Shown here one piece after another: positions 1 through 14,101 of a stretch of 64,000 nt of DNA (its first letter is position 1; each line of letters starts with the position of its first letter). A program made the position numbers and the translations under genes. The stretch is from Chrysomallon squamiferum. Lineage: Eukaryota > Animalia > Mollusca. A model generated the notes under the pieces. That model was not told the origin of the DNA. It saw nothing but the letters and a program-made list of their open reading frames with translations, and ran no database searches. The DNA is taken from assembly GCA_012295275.1 (NCBI GenBank), contig CM022673.1:2046001-2110000 (forward strand). The letters run 5' to 3'.

Positions 1-119
1 ATGATCTGTTCATACAGATATATCAGCCAGACACAATTTCCATTATAACTGGAAACCAACTAAAATGTAAATTGAATGACGGAGGGAATTAACCACAGTT
101 TCCTCTGAATCACTGTGGG

Positions 120-253
120 TCAATACACAAGGACTAATCCATCAATATGCTCCACTGTAGAAGTGACAGCCTCGTAAGTTCTGTCTGATTTATGACACAA
201 CTTCCTTGTAAAGCAGGATGTCCAGTCGCAAGACCTAATAGTCTGAGTAATGT
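120..253 (-). CDS. Candidate downstream/terminal exon of the unidentified gene (NITQTIRSCDWTSCFTRKLCHK...DGLVLVY*)
   Basis: Acceptor ttatccttcaacAG; the phase-1 frame is open to TGA at 120-122; GC higher than flanks. No homology support. Confidence 0.3.
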
Positions 254-3144
254 CTGTTGAAGGATAATTATAAGTATGATTGGATGCTCTATACTAATTT
301 GTCACACGTCTATTTCTTTATACTTCTAATCTGCCTTCAAATTTTCTCTTCCTCTGTCTACCTGTGTACTAATTATTATTTTTTCATCTATCTTCCATCT
401 ACCTTTCTACATACCCATATCTATTCATTCATCTGTCCATCTACATATATATATATTTACAAACACACACACATTCACAACCACACACACACACACACAC
501 ACACACTCTCTCTCTTTCACACACACAAACACATTATCTCAATGCCATGTATGTATCTACAAAAAACACATATATAAGATTTCAAAATAGCACAGGTATA
601 TTTCCATTATAAAATTAAAAATTAAAACAAAACTTCATATTTACAGCAAGCAAAAATTGTTTTAATCAAAAAGGAATAGCGGGGCAAATCAGTTTTTTTC
701 TTTTTATGTGTAAATTTCCACATCTGGATATTTTTAGTGACAAAACACATGTAATAGATAAGTAAGTATGTTTTAAGTCTATAAAATAATCATCATGTAG
801 TAATTGGCTCATGAAGTGAATCATATCAGATTTACATTTTGATTGCAATCCAATTTTATGATAAAAAGCAGTTCTATTTTATAAATTATTAATATTATTA
901 TTATAAAAAATGATGAAATTCTTTTTATTTATTTTTTTTAAAGTTGAAGATAAAAAAGAAGAAAAAATAAATTATATTTTTCTTTCTTCTTCTCTTCACT
1001 GACTTTTTAAAAAATTTAATATTATTTAATTATTTATTATATTCAGGAAATGAATTTTATCAATAACATACTTTAAAAACACCACCAAAAAAAAAAAAAA
1101 AAAACAATACCGTAACATTTAAATGAAAAAACACCCAGAGAATTCATTATAACAAAACAATGAAATCAAAATATTTTTAAAAATTAAATCACTGAACTTA
1201 CAATCATATATATTTACGTCCACACACACACAAACACATATACATCAACATACATTCATTTCATTACATTGCCATTCAACCCACTGATCTTATTTTGATA
1301 TTATCTGTGACTATATTTACACATGTATACTTTATATATTCATGTGTATTATAATCACTACTTCAAAAGGCACATTATATATTCATGAAGTTGTCTTTTA
1401 ATATAACAGGAACAAGAAAATCTTTTGTAAGTATGTAAACAATGTCACCTAAAATGGATAGGATTTTGTAAGCAAATATGTTCAAACTGGGCTTGTACAT
1501 TGAAAAAGGGTGTTGGCTGCAATTTTTATGACTTTCACTAAATATGTGTCTAAAAAAAAAAGATGAATTACTTTTTATATAAATCTGATCTGAAGAAAAG
1601 AGCATACCTTATACAAAGATGTGTGTAGATTGTATCATAGTGCTTTCTTATATAAATTTATATTTTGTTGGACACACATACACACACACACACACACACA
1701 CATTCATTAAAAAAGTTTGATTCAAGTATAAAACAATTTTTTTTGTTGTTGTAATTTCTGAATTATTTATAAACCCATAAACACAACCAGAACCACACCC
1801 ACACCCACTCCCACACCCACACACCCCCACCACACACACACACACACACACACACACAGTCCATATATCTATGTTCATTTTAAAAGGCTCAATTTAAGTA
1901 TAAAACAGTTTGTTTACTGTAACGTTTTCTGAATTATTTATATTCAATATTATAAAAAATAATAACAATATACATGATTAAAAACAAGTGCAGTTCAATA
2001 TCTATTCCAACAAGGCTAATGCATCGATGTTTTTTCAGAGAACTAATGATACAGACAAGACTGCTTAAGACCAATCAGAAATGACAATCACAAGTCTCTG
2101 GAAGAAGTAACCAGACAATTCTAATTGCAAGTTAAATATACTGAACAAAACAAGTTAAGCGATCATGAACACTTTCAAGATATGACATTTATAAATAAAA
2201 AAAAAAAAAAAAGAGATTATTTTGAGGACAGAAATTTGTTATGATTTTCATGCCTTTGTAATATCATGACTGCACTGAACCTGTACAATTAAACAAGGGC
2301 AATAAATGGTACACAGTTTCATTTTTTAATTCTTATTCACTTTATTATTAATATTATTATCATAGTGTGTGTGTGTTGTCACTTGTGACTACAAGAAAAT
2401 ACATTTAGAAAAGAAAAGACAGAAACCGTACAGTAAAGAAAAGACAAAACAGATTATAAAACCATCAAAAATAAAAAAAATAAGTGAAAGATAACAAGTA
2501 ACTAGCCTTGTTATATTTTGTTTCCAAATATCAACAATAAAAGTAACAATAAAATAAATAAATAAATAAAATAGACAACACCATCAGAAACAAAAAGAAG
2601 AAACACAAGTCCATACACATCCTCACAAGCACTTTATGTTATTAATGTACTTTATTACAAACTTATGAAAAAAGAAGCAAAAAAACAAAAACAAATAAAC
2701 AAACATTTATACATAATACTGCTAATTTGTGCAATGCATTTCATGTATTTCAAATATCGTAAAGATAAAAAAGTTCATACAAATTAGTTTACAATGAAGT
2801 TGTTTTTAATGTTGTTACTGTTGTTGTTGTTTAACTTTGCTTATGTTTTTTCTAGGAATATGTATGCATGAACAATTAAGGTTGTCCATGATCAGGATCA
2901 ATTCAAGTACATTTTATTAAGTTTTGTAAATAAAATAAAAAGCAATAACAATATACAAATGTAAAGGATAAACTTAAGATACAAATGCCCATAAAAATAA
3001 CTTTGTTTTAAACACATGTTAAATATTTAAAGTATATAACTAAGGAAAGAAAATATGTGTGTGTGTGTGTGTGTGTGTTTGTGTGTGTATTTTTTTCTTA
3101 GTTAAAACAAAAATAAATGAACAAAAATTCACCTTTGTTACTTT

Positions 3145-3175
<31 letters not shown>

Positions 3176-5683
3176 AAATATTATTATTGTTATTATTATT
3201 TATTTATTTATTTGGAAATGAGAAAAAATAAAAAATAATTTAAAAATAAAAAATGTTTCATTATCAACAATCATTTGTATGTGTGTTTGCACACATACTC
3301 ACATCACAGTATCATTTTTAAAAAAGCATATAAATAATTAAACCAAATAAATTATATACCAAGTAAGAATTTATAATTAAATACAATAATATTAATAAGT
3401 AATGTATATTTCCTAATCAAATTAAAAATAAAAAAGTAGCAGATAGTATATGGGTGTTTTAAACTAAAAAGAACATTTGATCTGTGTACATAACTGTAAG
3501 TCATGTATGTGAAAAGCATTCATATTTCAGCAACAATATAATGCAGCTTCACATGCAATTTCAAAAAAAAAAATTAAAATTAAAATTGATTATTTATTGT
3601 AACCAGAAACATTTTATTGACATTCTATGAAAAACATTTTTCCACTAACAGTAAAATGTTATTTTATATGGCATTTCTAAAATATGTTCTAAAAATTAAT
3701 AAAATTCGCAAGTACATATTTCTAATTAATTTTAAAAAAAAACCTGTTAACTGTAATCAGTCCAACATACAAGATGTATATTAAAAAATAATGTTTAAAG
3801 GAAATGAAATATTATATTTGGCACTTCTGTATTTTCTAATTAAGAACAGTAATCAATATTTTCTAATTAAACCAATACCTCAAAATTCTACATGCTTACG
3901 AACAAAGTAAATTAATTTTGTTACCATCATTCTGCACATCCAAGGTGTAGGGTTTTACCTCTTTTTTTTTCTTTTCCCCAGTGATATTAATAAATACCTG
4001 CTTCAATCCAATTATCTCACATCCGCAGTAAATCCATTTCCATAATGAAATGTCATTAATTACTAAAATAACTGTACAGGTACAACAAATGAGTGATTAT
4101 TTATTATTCTGCAGGTAATTTTTCAACAAAATATATTTCTAAATCACAAACACTTCAGCATGTGTAATGTCATTTAAAAAAAAAAAAAAAAATTAATAAT
4201 AATTTAATTGTAGATGATCATATAATTCAAACTGAACATTCTGTAACTGTATTTTGGCCACCACTGATAAAAATAAAAACAAAATGTTTTCTTTACAAAA
4301 CAGTGAGCACCATTCGCCTGCAGCAAATGAAATCTTGTTAGTTGTATGTGACTGCACGAGTTCAAGTTCTACATCTCAGTTTGCAGTTGATCTCATCATA
4401 GCCTTCAGTGTTGACAGATTAATTCACAGGGTGACAAGCTCTGATTGGCTTTCAATTCATACCAGATAATTTTATAGCATTCTTCATCCAAAAATGCTCC
4501 CAAATGAACAGTTTTGATAAATATTTCTACACACGCAGCACAAAGCCATTTTATATTATACGCAGCATTAATTTCAACATCGATGAAGAGAAAAACAAAT
4601 TGGTCATACCCGATCTGTTACACAGATGTAACGTGATGAATGAACGGTTTGGCTGTCTTGACTTGAGTAACACTATATTGACAAAATGTCGAAGAAGTGT
4701 AACGCTAGCTCAGAAAAACAAGAAGTGCAATGATTTGGGTGAAAACTGTTCTTAAAAACTGGGCCATACAGCCAGAGTTTCCTACCTCCGAGTCAATATT
4801 CTCTATTTCTCATGACCAGAGTTCCAATTAAACTGTGCTTTAAAAATGTGTAATTACTGGCTAGTCAGAGTGGGCTTGGTAGCCCAACAGTAAACATCGA
4901 GATTCCTGATCAACAGAAATGTTTATCTGAGTTGTGCTGTGTGTATACACTCTGTATGTGTGTTTGCTAATCAAGTATTGCTTAGTCATACATTAATACA
5001 TCAAATCATTCTCCTAGATGAAAAATTAATGCTGTAAGAGAAAAAAAAAATATATCTCTATCTGTCATATATATATATATATAAAATTACTTAAAAGCAC
5101 TAGAAAATGCAAAACAATGAAGAAATGATTACAGATTACTAATTTAAGTATTGAACTTTAAATTATGAATTCCAATCTAAATCATGGTATTTTAGCAATA
5201 TATTTAGTACAAAAAGGTAAGGTTTTATTTTACATTTTTAATTTTTATGTTTCACTCTGAAGTAATTTATGTTCTTATCATTTCAAATCTGACAACAGTT
5301 TTAATAACAAAAAGATATAATAAAAAGAAGTAGGAGAAGATGATGAAAATATGAAAATAAACAAACAAATAAATAAGTAAGGAATATATTACTATAAGAC
5401 ATTGAAATCAATAATAATTAAATTAAATTTAAATTATGTTTCACAGTCACACAGAAACAAAATTACTGTAGCAGTAATAATATTACACAAAAACTTGATA
5501 AAACCTCACCACTCCGACATATACATTAAGGAGACATTACATCCAGTATTTCCTGTCATACTTAAGTTAACTCTTTCTTGGAAATCAATATAAACAAAGA
5601 CAACATTCTAGCTCTAAGACATAGCACTCTCTCACATTGTTGTTCTAAAAAAAAATATTTAAAAAATTTACTGCATTTGAAGG

Positions 5684-6220
5684 CTTGCCAAATGTAATAT
5701 AAATGTATTAAATTAATTCTATTGTGAGATGCAATAGAGAATGAACTGAATTAATACTCTTGCCAAAAGTAATATAAAATGTTTCAATTAATTATCCTGC
5801 CTAATGTAATATAAAAGGCAATAATATTCTTGTCAAATGTAACATAAAATGTACTAAATTAATACTATTACCAGATGTATTATAGAATATAGTAAATTAA
5901 TATTCTTGCCAAATGTAATATAAAATGCATTAATATTGTCAAATGTAACATAATATGTATAAAATTAATATTCTTGTCAAATGTAACATATAATGTATTA
6001 AATTAATATTCTTGTCAAGTGTAATACCAATATGTATAAAACTAAAACTTTTGCCAAATGTAATTATAATTAATTTACCGAACAAACAAAACAGCTGAAT
6101 AATAACCATAGCACTCATTCACACTATAAGTGTTTGCTACATCCATTACATTAATAATCCTGCCAAATGTTATATAAAATGTATTAAATTAATTATTTTG
6201 CCAATGTAATTATAATAAGT
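5684..6220. repeat. AT-rich minisatellite, ~30-38-bp unit (ttcttgccaaatgtaatataaaatgtattaaattaata)
   Basis: About a dozen diverged tandem copies visible. Confidence 0.85.
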
Positions 6221-6925
6221 GTATGGATATATTCATTACATTAACACTGTCACCAGCTGTCAATGGAAATACTGTATGAATTTCTTTCTTCATTAAAAAA
6301 AAAAAAAAAAAAAAAAAAAATCCTGCATTTTAATATTGATATTCATGCCCTTTTCCTATGCATAAATAAAAAGATTTGATGTTTGTATCTGTTTCTTATT
6401 TTATTTATTTATTTTTTTTTTTGGTTTATTATTATTATTTTTATTTTTTTATTTTTTTTTTTTATTTTATTATTATTTTTTTTTTACCAGACAGATTAGT
6501 AAGAGATAGTTAATTACAAAATATCAATCTGAACTTATTTGGTGTCCTTCCATTTTGCCTTTGACCCAATTTGCCTTCAGCATGGAAAGATGGCATTTAA
6601 CTTTAATCTTATATCTAAGAATCTATAATGGAACATTACTTATTTTCACTGTAATATAATACTCAGCTCCAAGTCACTCAGACAGCTAATTGTTTCATGA
6701 TGTCATGTTTACCCATTTTGTACTAAAATAATATTTGCTTTCTGAAATATCTTCATCTCTGTCTTTTTGTCTATATATCTCGGTCTTTACCATGTTTACA
6801 TTTATTTTCCCTATTTCTCTCCTTTGCAACTAAACAATTTAATTTCCTTCTTCTTTTCCATCATGTTTTCTTCTTCCTTCCTTTTTTCATCAAACATTGG
6901 TTTCAGATATTTACCCCTCTTTCTT

Positions 6926-6971
<46 letters not shown>

Positions 6972-7265
6972 ACACACACACACACTCACGCACACACAAA
7001 CACCCAACAACAAACAACAAATAAAAACCTACACACTAAAAGAAGCAAAGACCTTTATTAACTGAATCTTCTAGAATTTTAAAGCTGAAAAACAATATTG
7101 ATGTAATTCTTCATTAATGATGAATCAAACTGTAATTACCAGTTATTAACTATAAATTACACACTACAAAGCCAGTGCACCCAGCATGAGTATGTCTGAG
7201 TTGTGTTAGCTATCTTGTACAGAGAACATCAGAGATAAACAACTATCTATTGGTGACCTGGAAGA

Positions 7266-7480
7266 GGGCTGCAGCTGATCACAGCACTCATCTGACATGT
7301 TGTGGGTCAAAGGATCTACCCTCCTAACAGCCATCATTTGATTATTTTCATTTCCAAAACAGTAGCATATGTGTGGTTTATCAAAGACCATCACATGTGG
7401 AATCTCCCGATATGAGAATTATGCATATATATATATATATAAAAGATTCCTTCTTGTTAATAGCAAAGGCAGGTTTTTTT
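7266..7480 (+). mobile_element. Degenerate tRNA-derived SINE copy (CpG-decayed)
   Basis: tRNA-like head (agcactcatctga...gggtcaaaggatc) then ggtttatcaaagacc...atgcatat...aaaagattccttcttgttaat...gcaggttt. Loosely alignable to the other copies here and to a molluscan Meta-domain-type SINE recalled from memory. Confidence 0.5.
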
Positions 7481-8676
7481 TTTTTTGTAGATTTGATGAG
7501 AAATATAAAAAAATCTTATATCAAATCAGTTTATAATAGCAAATTAATCAATGTGCTGCGGTAGTGAAGATAATAAAACATAATAATAAAAATTGCAAAT
7601 AAATAATACTAAACAAATAAATAATATTTTCTTCTGTATTAAAATACATCAAATCTTCACCTCAGTGAATGTTTCTGCACAACAGTACTTCATTTCATCG
7701 AGGTTAATGAAAACTACTGAAGCATTAAAAATGAAGAAAAAGAAGAATCCTAACTCATTATATGTTGTGCCTGCAGTAGCAGTGTATCTTTAGATGCAGC
7801 CGTGCTGAATTACATCACACTCTGTGCATCTAACTAATGTAAGAAATAGACTAATTATTATTACGAAAACTCCAGACCACTTTCACAGACACACTCATGT
7901 GAAGCTAATTACACAGAATTATTTCAAGACTAAGGTTTTTTTTAAAAAAACAGTATCATCATTACCCAGAGCTATATGAAATTTTAAAAAAAGAAGGAGG
8001 AGACAAAAAGAAAAGGAATGATACACAGGGCACTAAAAAGAAATTTGTAGCTCATTTTTGGTGACAAAACAAAATGGTTTCCTTGTATGATATTTAACTG
8101 TCACCATGTTTTTAAATTAAATAATTAATTACAAGATCTGAAGTAAAAATGTCAACAGTTTCTGCTATCTAATTTTTTGTATAAATATATATATATATAT
8201 ATTTTTTAAATGAATTACTTTAATGTTACTCAATATTTTGAACAGCTGTTAAATTTATGTACTGTTTTTCTCTTCTTTTTTCGTAGTTTTTTTCTAAAAC
8301 ATCATTATGTTCTTTTCTGCCAACTTAATCATTGTAGTACTGTAATATTTTAAATGTACATATTTACAGATTAAAAATTGATATAGTACATATTATTTTG
8401 AATTTTAGAAAATTGTGGTTACTAATATTCAAAATTTAAATCTTGAGAAACTTTTACTGAAAACATAAAAATATTCAGGTGAGTTGTTTATAAATCGTGG
8501 AGGTTTTTTTTTATTTCTTGTTATATTTTTTGATGAAAAGTATTTGCAAAGGGAATTTTTCAATGTATACATGGGTATTTACACTTACAAACAAAATCCT
8601 TTAAAGCAATTAATCTAATGCATTTGCAAATAAAATTTATATTTGCAGAATGCTTTAAAGCTGTGGACACTTCAAA

Positions 8677-8722
<46 letters not shown>

Positions 8723-11700
8723 TACATACCACAGAAACAGGGATATACAGGGACATATACAAGCTTACAAACTGGAAAAATAAACATTACATTCCCAAAC
8801 AGTATATAACTGGAAAACCTGATCAGTGTATAATAACTAAGATGGTGACATTTACAAACAAAATATTTTGAAACAGTATATGAACTGTAAATACTTACAA
8901 CAACAACAACAAAAAATTAAAAATAAAAACAAATGAATCTTTTTATATGTAAACAAGACACTTTCATTTAAGAAACAAACCACTGAACGTATTTATACAT
9001 CTAATTATAAATTTATTCTAAATCATATAATTGTTATGAACCACAGAAACACAATTTTACAGCAGAATGTTAAAGGAAATTACAAATTATTCAAAACAGC
9101 ATACAAAACATACAAACTACTTTTGTTTTTTTCAAGCTCTATATAAATTGATTGAATCATAAATGCAGAGAATTCTAGAAACTAAAATTGTTCTACACAA
9201 TATATGAACTGCATACAAGAAATAAATAAATAAAAAGACCTGTCTGGAAGCAGTACATTAACAATAGATACACTTTATTGATGTAACCTGCACATCAAAG
9301 TTAACTACCTGACAGCAAACAAACTTACCTCACATGGCTGAACTGGAAAGCAAAACCTGCCTAGTACAGAGTATCCATTACCAGTATCCCAGACTGTTTG
9401 TACAGGTCAACAAAACTCACCACAGTAAATTAACATTCCAGAATATTTGCTAAGCTCTCAGTTTTATGTCTTCCTAAACTCCACCTGACAATCAATATTG
9501 GTCACTAATAGCCATGAAAATAACAATCTATCGGACAAAACTCTTTCAGCATTTGCGGGGAATCCTATCATCAGAAAGCGCACAGTGTCAGTAATGCACT
9601 CTTATCAAGTTTGTTTTCTGTGCTTCACTGATACTGAAACACGTGTACCAGAACGGAATTCTTACTCACACACACACACAGCACTCTGGTAATCAAACAA
9701 ATCAGTCCGCTTAGCAAGTTAGACCCTTTGTGTGAGCTTTTTTGTCAATGTTCTTTTTTTGTGTGTGTGTGTGTGTGTGTGTCTATAATAATTTATGGGT
9801 TTTTTTTTTAAATTTTATTCTTTGATGAAATGAAGACATTTACGTTTAGTATTTACAAAGGAAATGTTTCAACATTTTACACTTACAAATAAAATCCTCC
9901 TAGAAATAACTGACCTAACACACTGATTTTATTTTGTTTTTTTAAATCAAAGTTAAAAAAAAAAACAACATTAAACAACTTCAGTTTCACCATTCCATTA
10001 ATTCAGCTTCCAATGATTCAGTCTACAGATCTGACATATCTTCAAAAATACTGCTTGCAGGACATTAAGAAAGATAAGAAAAATTCTGACTAATGATGAA
10101 GACATTCTGCAGATATTAAACTGTAAAAAGACGGTAAAAAAAAAAAAAAAAAAAAAAAAAGATTATCCTTTCTAGCTCAGATATTATGATATCAGGCTTT
10201 GAACAGATACTAGATAAAGCATTTGGAATAGTGTCAAAAATAATCAGGAACAAACGTAACAGACCTTCAGATCAATCTGCAGAATGCCAGCAACAAAACC
10301 TGACAATACATACATAAATATATTCATTCAAAAAATACATGTAAATAATATATATATAGATATCAATGAAATATAAAGCAGTATGTACCTATATGGCAAA
10401 TACCTATATGCACCCACCTATGCAATAAAGACCAAGTTAATAGCATGTGCAAAATACACACATACTCTGTGAAAAACATTTTTAATACAGCTATGGAACA
10501 TCGAATGTATCAGTAAGTAAAATTAAATTGAAAGCATTGAAAAATAATGCCTAAAGCCTAGACAAGTACACTGGTAACAAAATGTATTAATACAGCACTT
10601 AATGTTATTCCTTTTATGTCACAGCTTGCAGATTTCAAATCAAAATAAATCAACAACTTTAAAGTGTAACACTTCAAACAGAATCAGTAACAATAAATAA
10701 AACTACAATTTCAACAACAGGAAAAAGAAACAATGACATATCTGAAAAACATTTTTCATTTTTGTAAAAATTAACTAAGATGAGCATATAAGATAGGTAA
10801 AAAGTAAGACTGAAATGCATGTGTTTGTGTGTGTGCATGCATGTGTTTGTGTGTGTGTCTATGTGTATCTTTCTCAGGACATCATTTATTGATGTTTGAT
10901 ATGGAAGGCGCTAAACAGCCTCTGGATTAACAAATGTTCTAAACCATCAGTTAATAAGCATCTCTTCTTGCTTTCCTTGACACATTCCAAGACCATCTCA
11001 AATTAAAGCGCTTGGCTGGAAATCTGGAAGGCTTTTAACTCTAATATCATCTCTTTGAATCGACTATCAAACTCAGGGATCAATAGTGTTGTCAAAGGAT
11101 TGCTTCTTGAAATAAATAGGCTTCTTTTTGAACTACAGCATTTCATCGATAACAATCTATTTGTCTTATGACCACAAGATATAAACTGGAGCTGGATTGG
11201 TCAGAGGTGGGAAGTTTTGTTGCTATTGTTTTCTTTCCTCCATAAAAAATTAATGGATATATTGTATCCTGTAAAATATAACTGTTAATGCAGATTATAT
11301 GACTGACTTACAGTTAAAATATTTTTTCTTAACTAAATCATTTAACTAATATCTGACACAAATCTCCAAATTTTCTCTTTAGGAGATGACATTAAGTTTA
11401 CTACAATTGATTGGTAGCAAGATCAGTTCTCCTCATGGCTCCTCTTAGTCTGTTTTCCTGTGTCAGCCAAAGCTGTACAATATGTAATCCTATCTCTGGG
11501 AAGGTGCCTGTAAAATATCCCTTTCTGCTAGTCAAACAACAGAAGCCCAGTGGACTGCAGCAATAGGGGTTCTTTTCATTATGTGCCTGGTTTCTGATTA
11601 CATATGCATACCATATAAATATATAAATGTAAATTAATACTGCCAGTATAACATTAAACAAAACATTTCTTCTTTTCATGTTTACAAATATCAACTTGTC

Positions 11701-14039
11701 ACATATATTTTCTTCTTTTTATCATTTATGTCTTTTTTTAATATATTTTTTTATTCTAAATGAATTGAAAGGCTCTGAGAAATGCAACTAGGATCACATA
11801 TCTTCTGAGACAGAAACTAATAAAAAACAAAATCCTTTCATTTTTCTGGTATTTATTTTCAAGCAATACTTTATTATTATTTTTTACCATCAGGTGAAAC
11901 CTCTGAAGCAGTTATAAGCTGTCTGGAGAGAATTTTACTACCCTTCATCACACTAGAATATAAAGTGCTTGATTTCATTACACTTTTTCAGTACTTAGAG
12001 GTGAAAGCCAGTGTGTTTCTGCCAATTTCTACTCAAAGGGAATAATAATAATAATAATAAAAATAAAAAAAAAAAAACACTTTTAATCATCCAATTTTAT
12101 GAGAAAAAACATGATGAATTATGAATACTAGGCTTAAAGGAACTTAATGTAATTTCCTTCATCCTGAAAGATTGTCTTGAAATGTACATGAATTATTCAT
12201 GTCAATCCAATTAGCTAACACAAATTGTGTTAGTGTATGTCTTATGAAGGAAAAAATAGATAATGCATACACAACAACATCATAGAATCAGACATTTTTC
12301 TTCATATGAGCAATTTACAGAAACTTAATGTCTATCAAATGGTAAACAAAACTGAAAAAAGAACAAGAGAATTTTTCTTCATCCAATAAACTATCATTGA
12401 AAAAGACAAGACAAAAGAGCAACAGAGAAAAAATATTTTAGTAACGATGGTGACATTATATAAAGCAGCTAACTAAATAATCTGAACAGAAAAATCTCTT
12501 TTTGTAAATATGCATTTATTTACCATTCTAACTACTTACCAGTATCAGATAGGCCCAATATAAAACAACTATTCTATTTTTAAGATTATTTGGAAAGTAG
12601 TAACATACTCTCTTTATAGCTGAACTGCAAACATTTTCCATAATTATCGCTATATGTCAAAAATTATTTTTATAAATGAAGTGTTTATTTTGACATATTC
12701 TGTAAAACAAAGACTTGTTTGCAGTTACTTGTTTTTAAGATACAAGTTAAAACTATGTAAACATCACTGCTTTACCGTCATTAAAAACAATATTGTGAAA
12801 TTCTCTCCAGTTACCTGTAACAATTCAAATGTAATGTATATGCTTGATATGATTTAATAAACTCTAGATATTAACTGCTGTTGATTTTCTTTTCTTTTTT
12901 CCTTTATCTCTTTATCTAGGTTTGTTGTTGGTTTTTCTTTTGTTTTTATGAGGAGGGGCCGTGATTGTTTGTTTTTGTTTGTTTTTTTTGTTTTTGGGGG
13001 TTGGGTGAAGTCAGTGTTTTTTTTTTTTTTAAATATTATTTTATTTATTTCATTTTATTATTATTATTATTATTTTCATGGGCTTCATTTTATTTTTCTT
13101 AATTATCTGTAGTACCAATAAAATAGTTGTATGGATCAATTAATTAGTTCTGATAGTTTGGAGTAGATACTAGTACCTGAAATTACTGAGGATTGATTAA
13201 ATAATGTTAAACATATGTTATACATATGATATATGTACCAGTACAAAAAAACTTGTTTGGATCAATTATTTACAAATATACATAAACATGCCATTATAAA
13301 CACACTGTCTAGCAACAAAATATGTAATTTTAACTAAAAAATCAAATGCATCATGTTCATTTTGAAGTCACATTTGTCATAAATACTGAAGAAATGTTCA
13401 GAAGGTCTAAAATAAAAAAAATATATGAAAAACAGTATTTCTATAGCTACACAAAACATAGTAGTAACAGCTTTTTATTTTGCCTGGAAATAACGATTTT
13501 CTGTTAACAATGTTATTTGCTCGTTAAACAGTAAACACGTTTTTAATGTGTGCTTTTTTGGATGGGTATTGATGTATATGAGTATGTATGTATATAAGTA
13601 TGTATGTATGTAAGTATGTATGTAAATGTGTTTAAGTGTGAGTGTGTGTGTATAAATACACATGCATTTATGTATATATGTAGGAGCATATATGTGTGTG
13701 TATATATGTATGTATGTATGTATGAATGTATAAATATATGTTTGTATGTATAAATATGTGTATATATGTACTTATCATTGTATATATGCATTCATGCATG
13801 TATGTGCACTCAGATGGTTGGATGAATAATGCATTTATTAAAATTAATGGCTTAGTTTCTGTTTTCTAAATATATATTTAGAAAAGTTTTTTTACACATT
13901 ACAATTCAGGGACAGTTGCCAAACAACAAAGCACCCATAATTTAGAAATTATTTACAAACACCAGCTGCTATAAATGATGGTTTCTAAAATGACTGTAGT
14001 GTTTACCTAGTACTGCTAATTCAGGGAAGGTCAATGTAC

Positions 14040-14101
<62 letters not shown>

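Noticed and set aside
4254-4900. ORFs 4254..4469 and 4504..4755 and a minus-strand mini-exon near 4786-4832
   Set aside because: The mini-exon has stops in all three frames, and the ORFs show no recognisable features.
5684-6220. Regular ~37-bp repeats as a CRISPR-like array
   Set aside because: Head-to-tail diverged units with no unique spacers, no cas genes, and a eukaryotic context.
10880-11700. GC-richer block and ORF 11401..11694 as exons or a retroelement
   Set aside because: Frames close quickly, no donor pairing was found, and I recognise no RT or endonuclease motifs.
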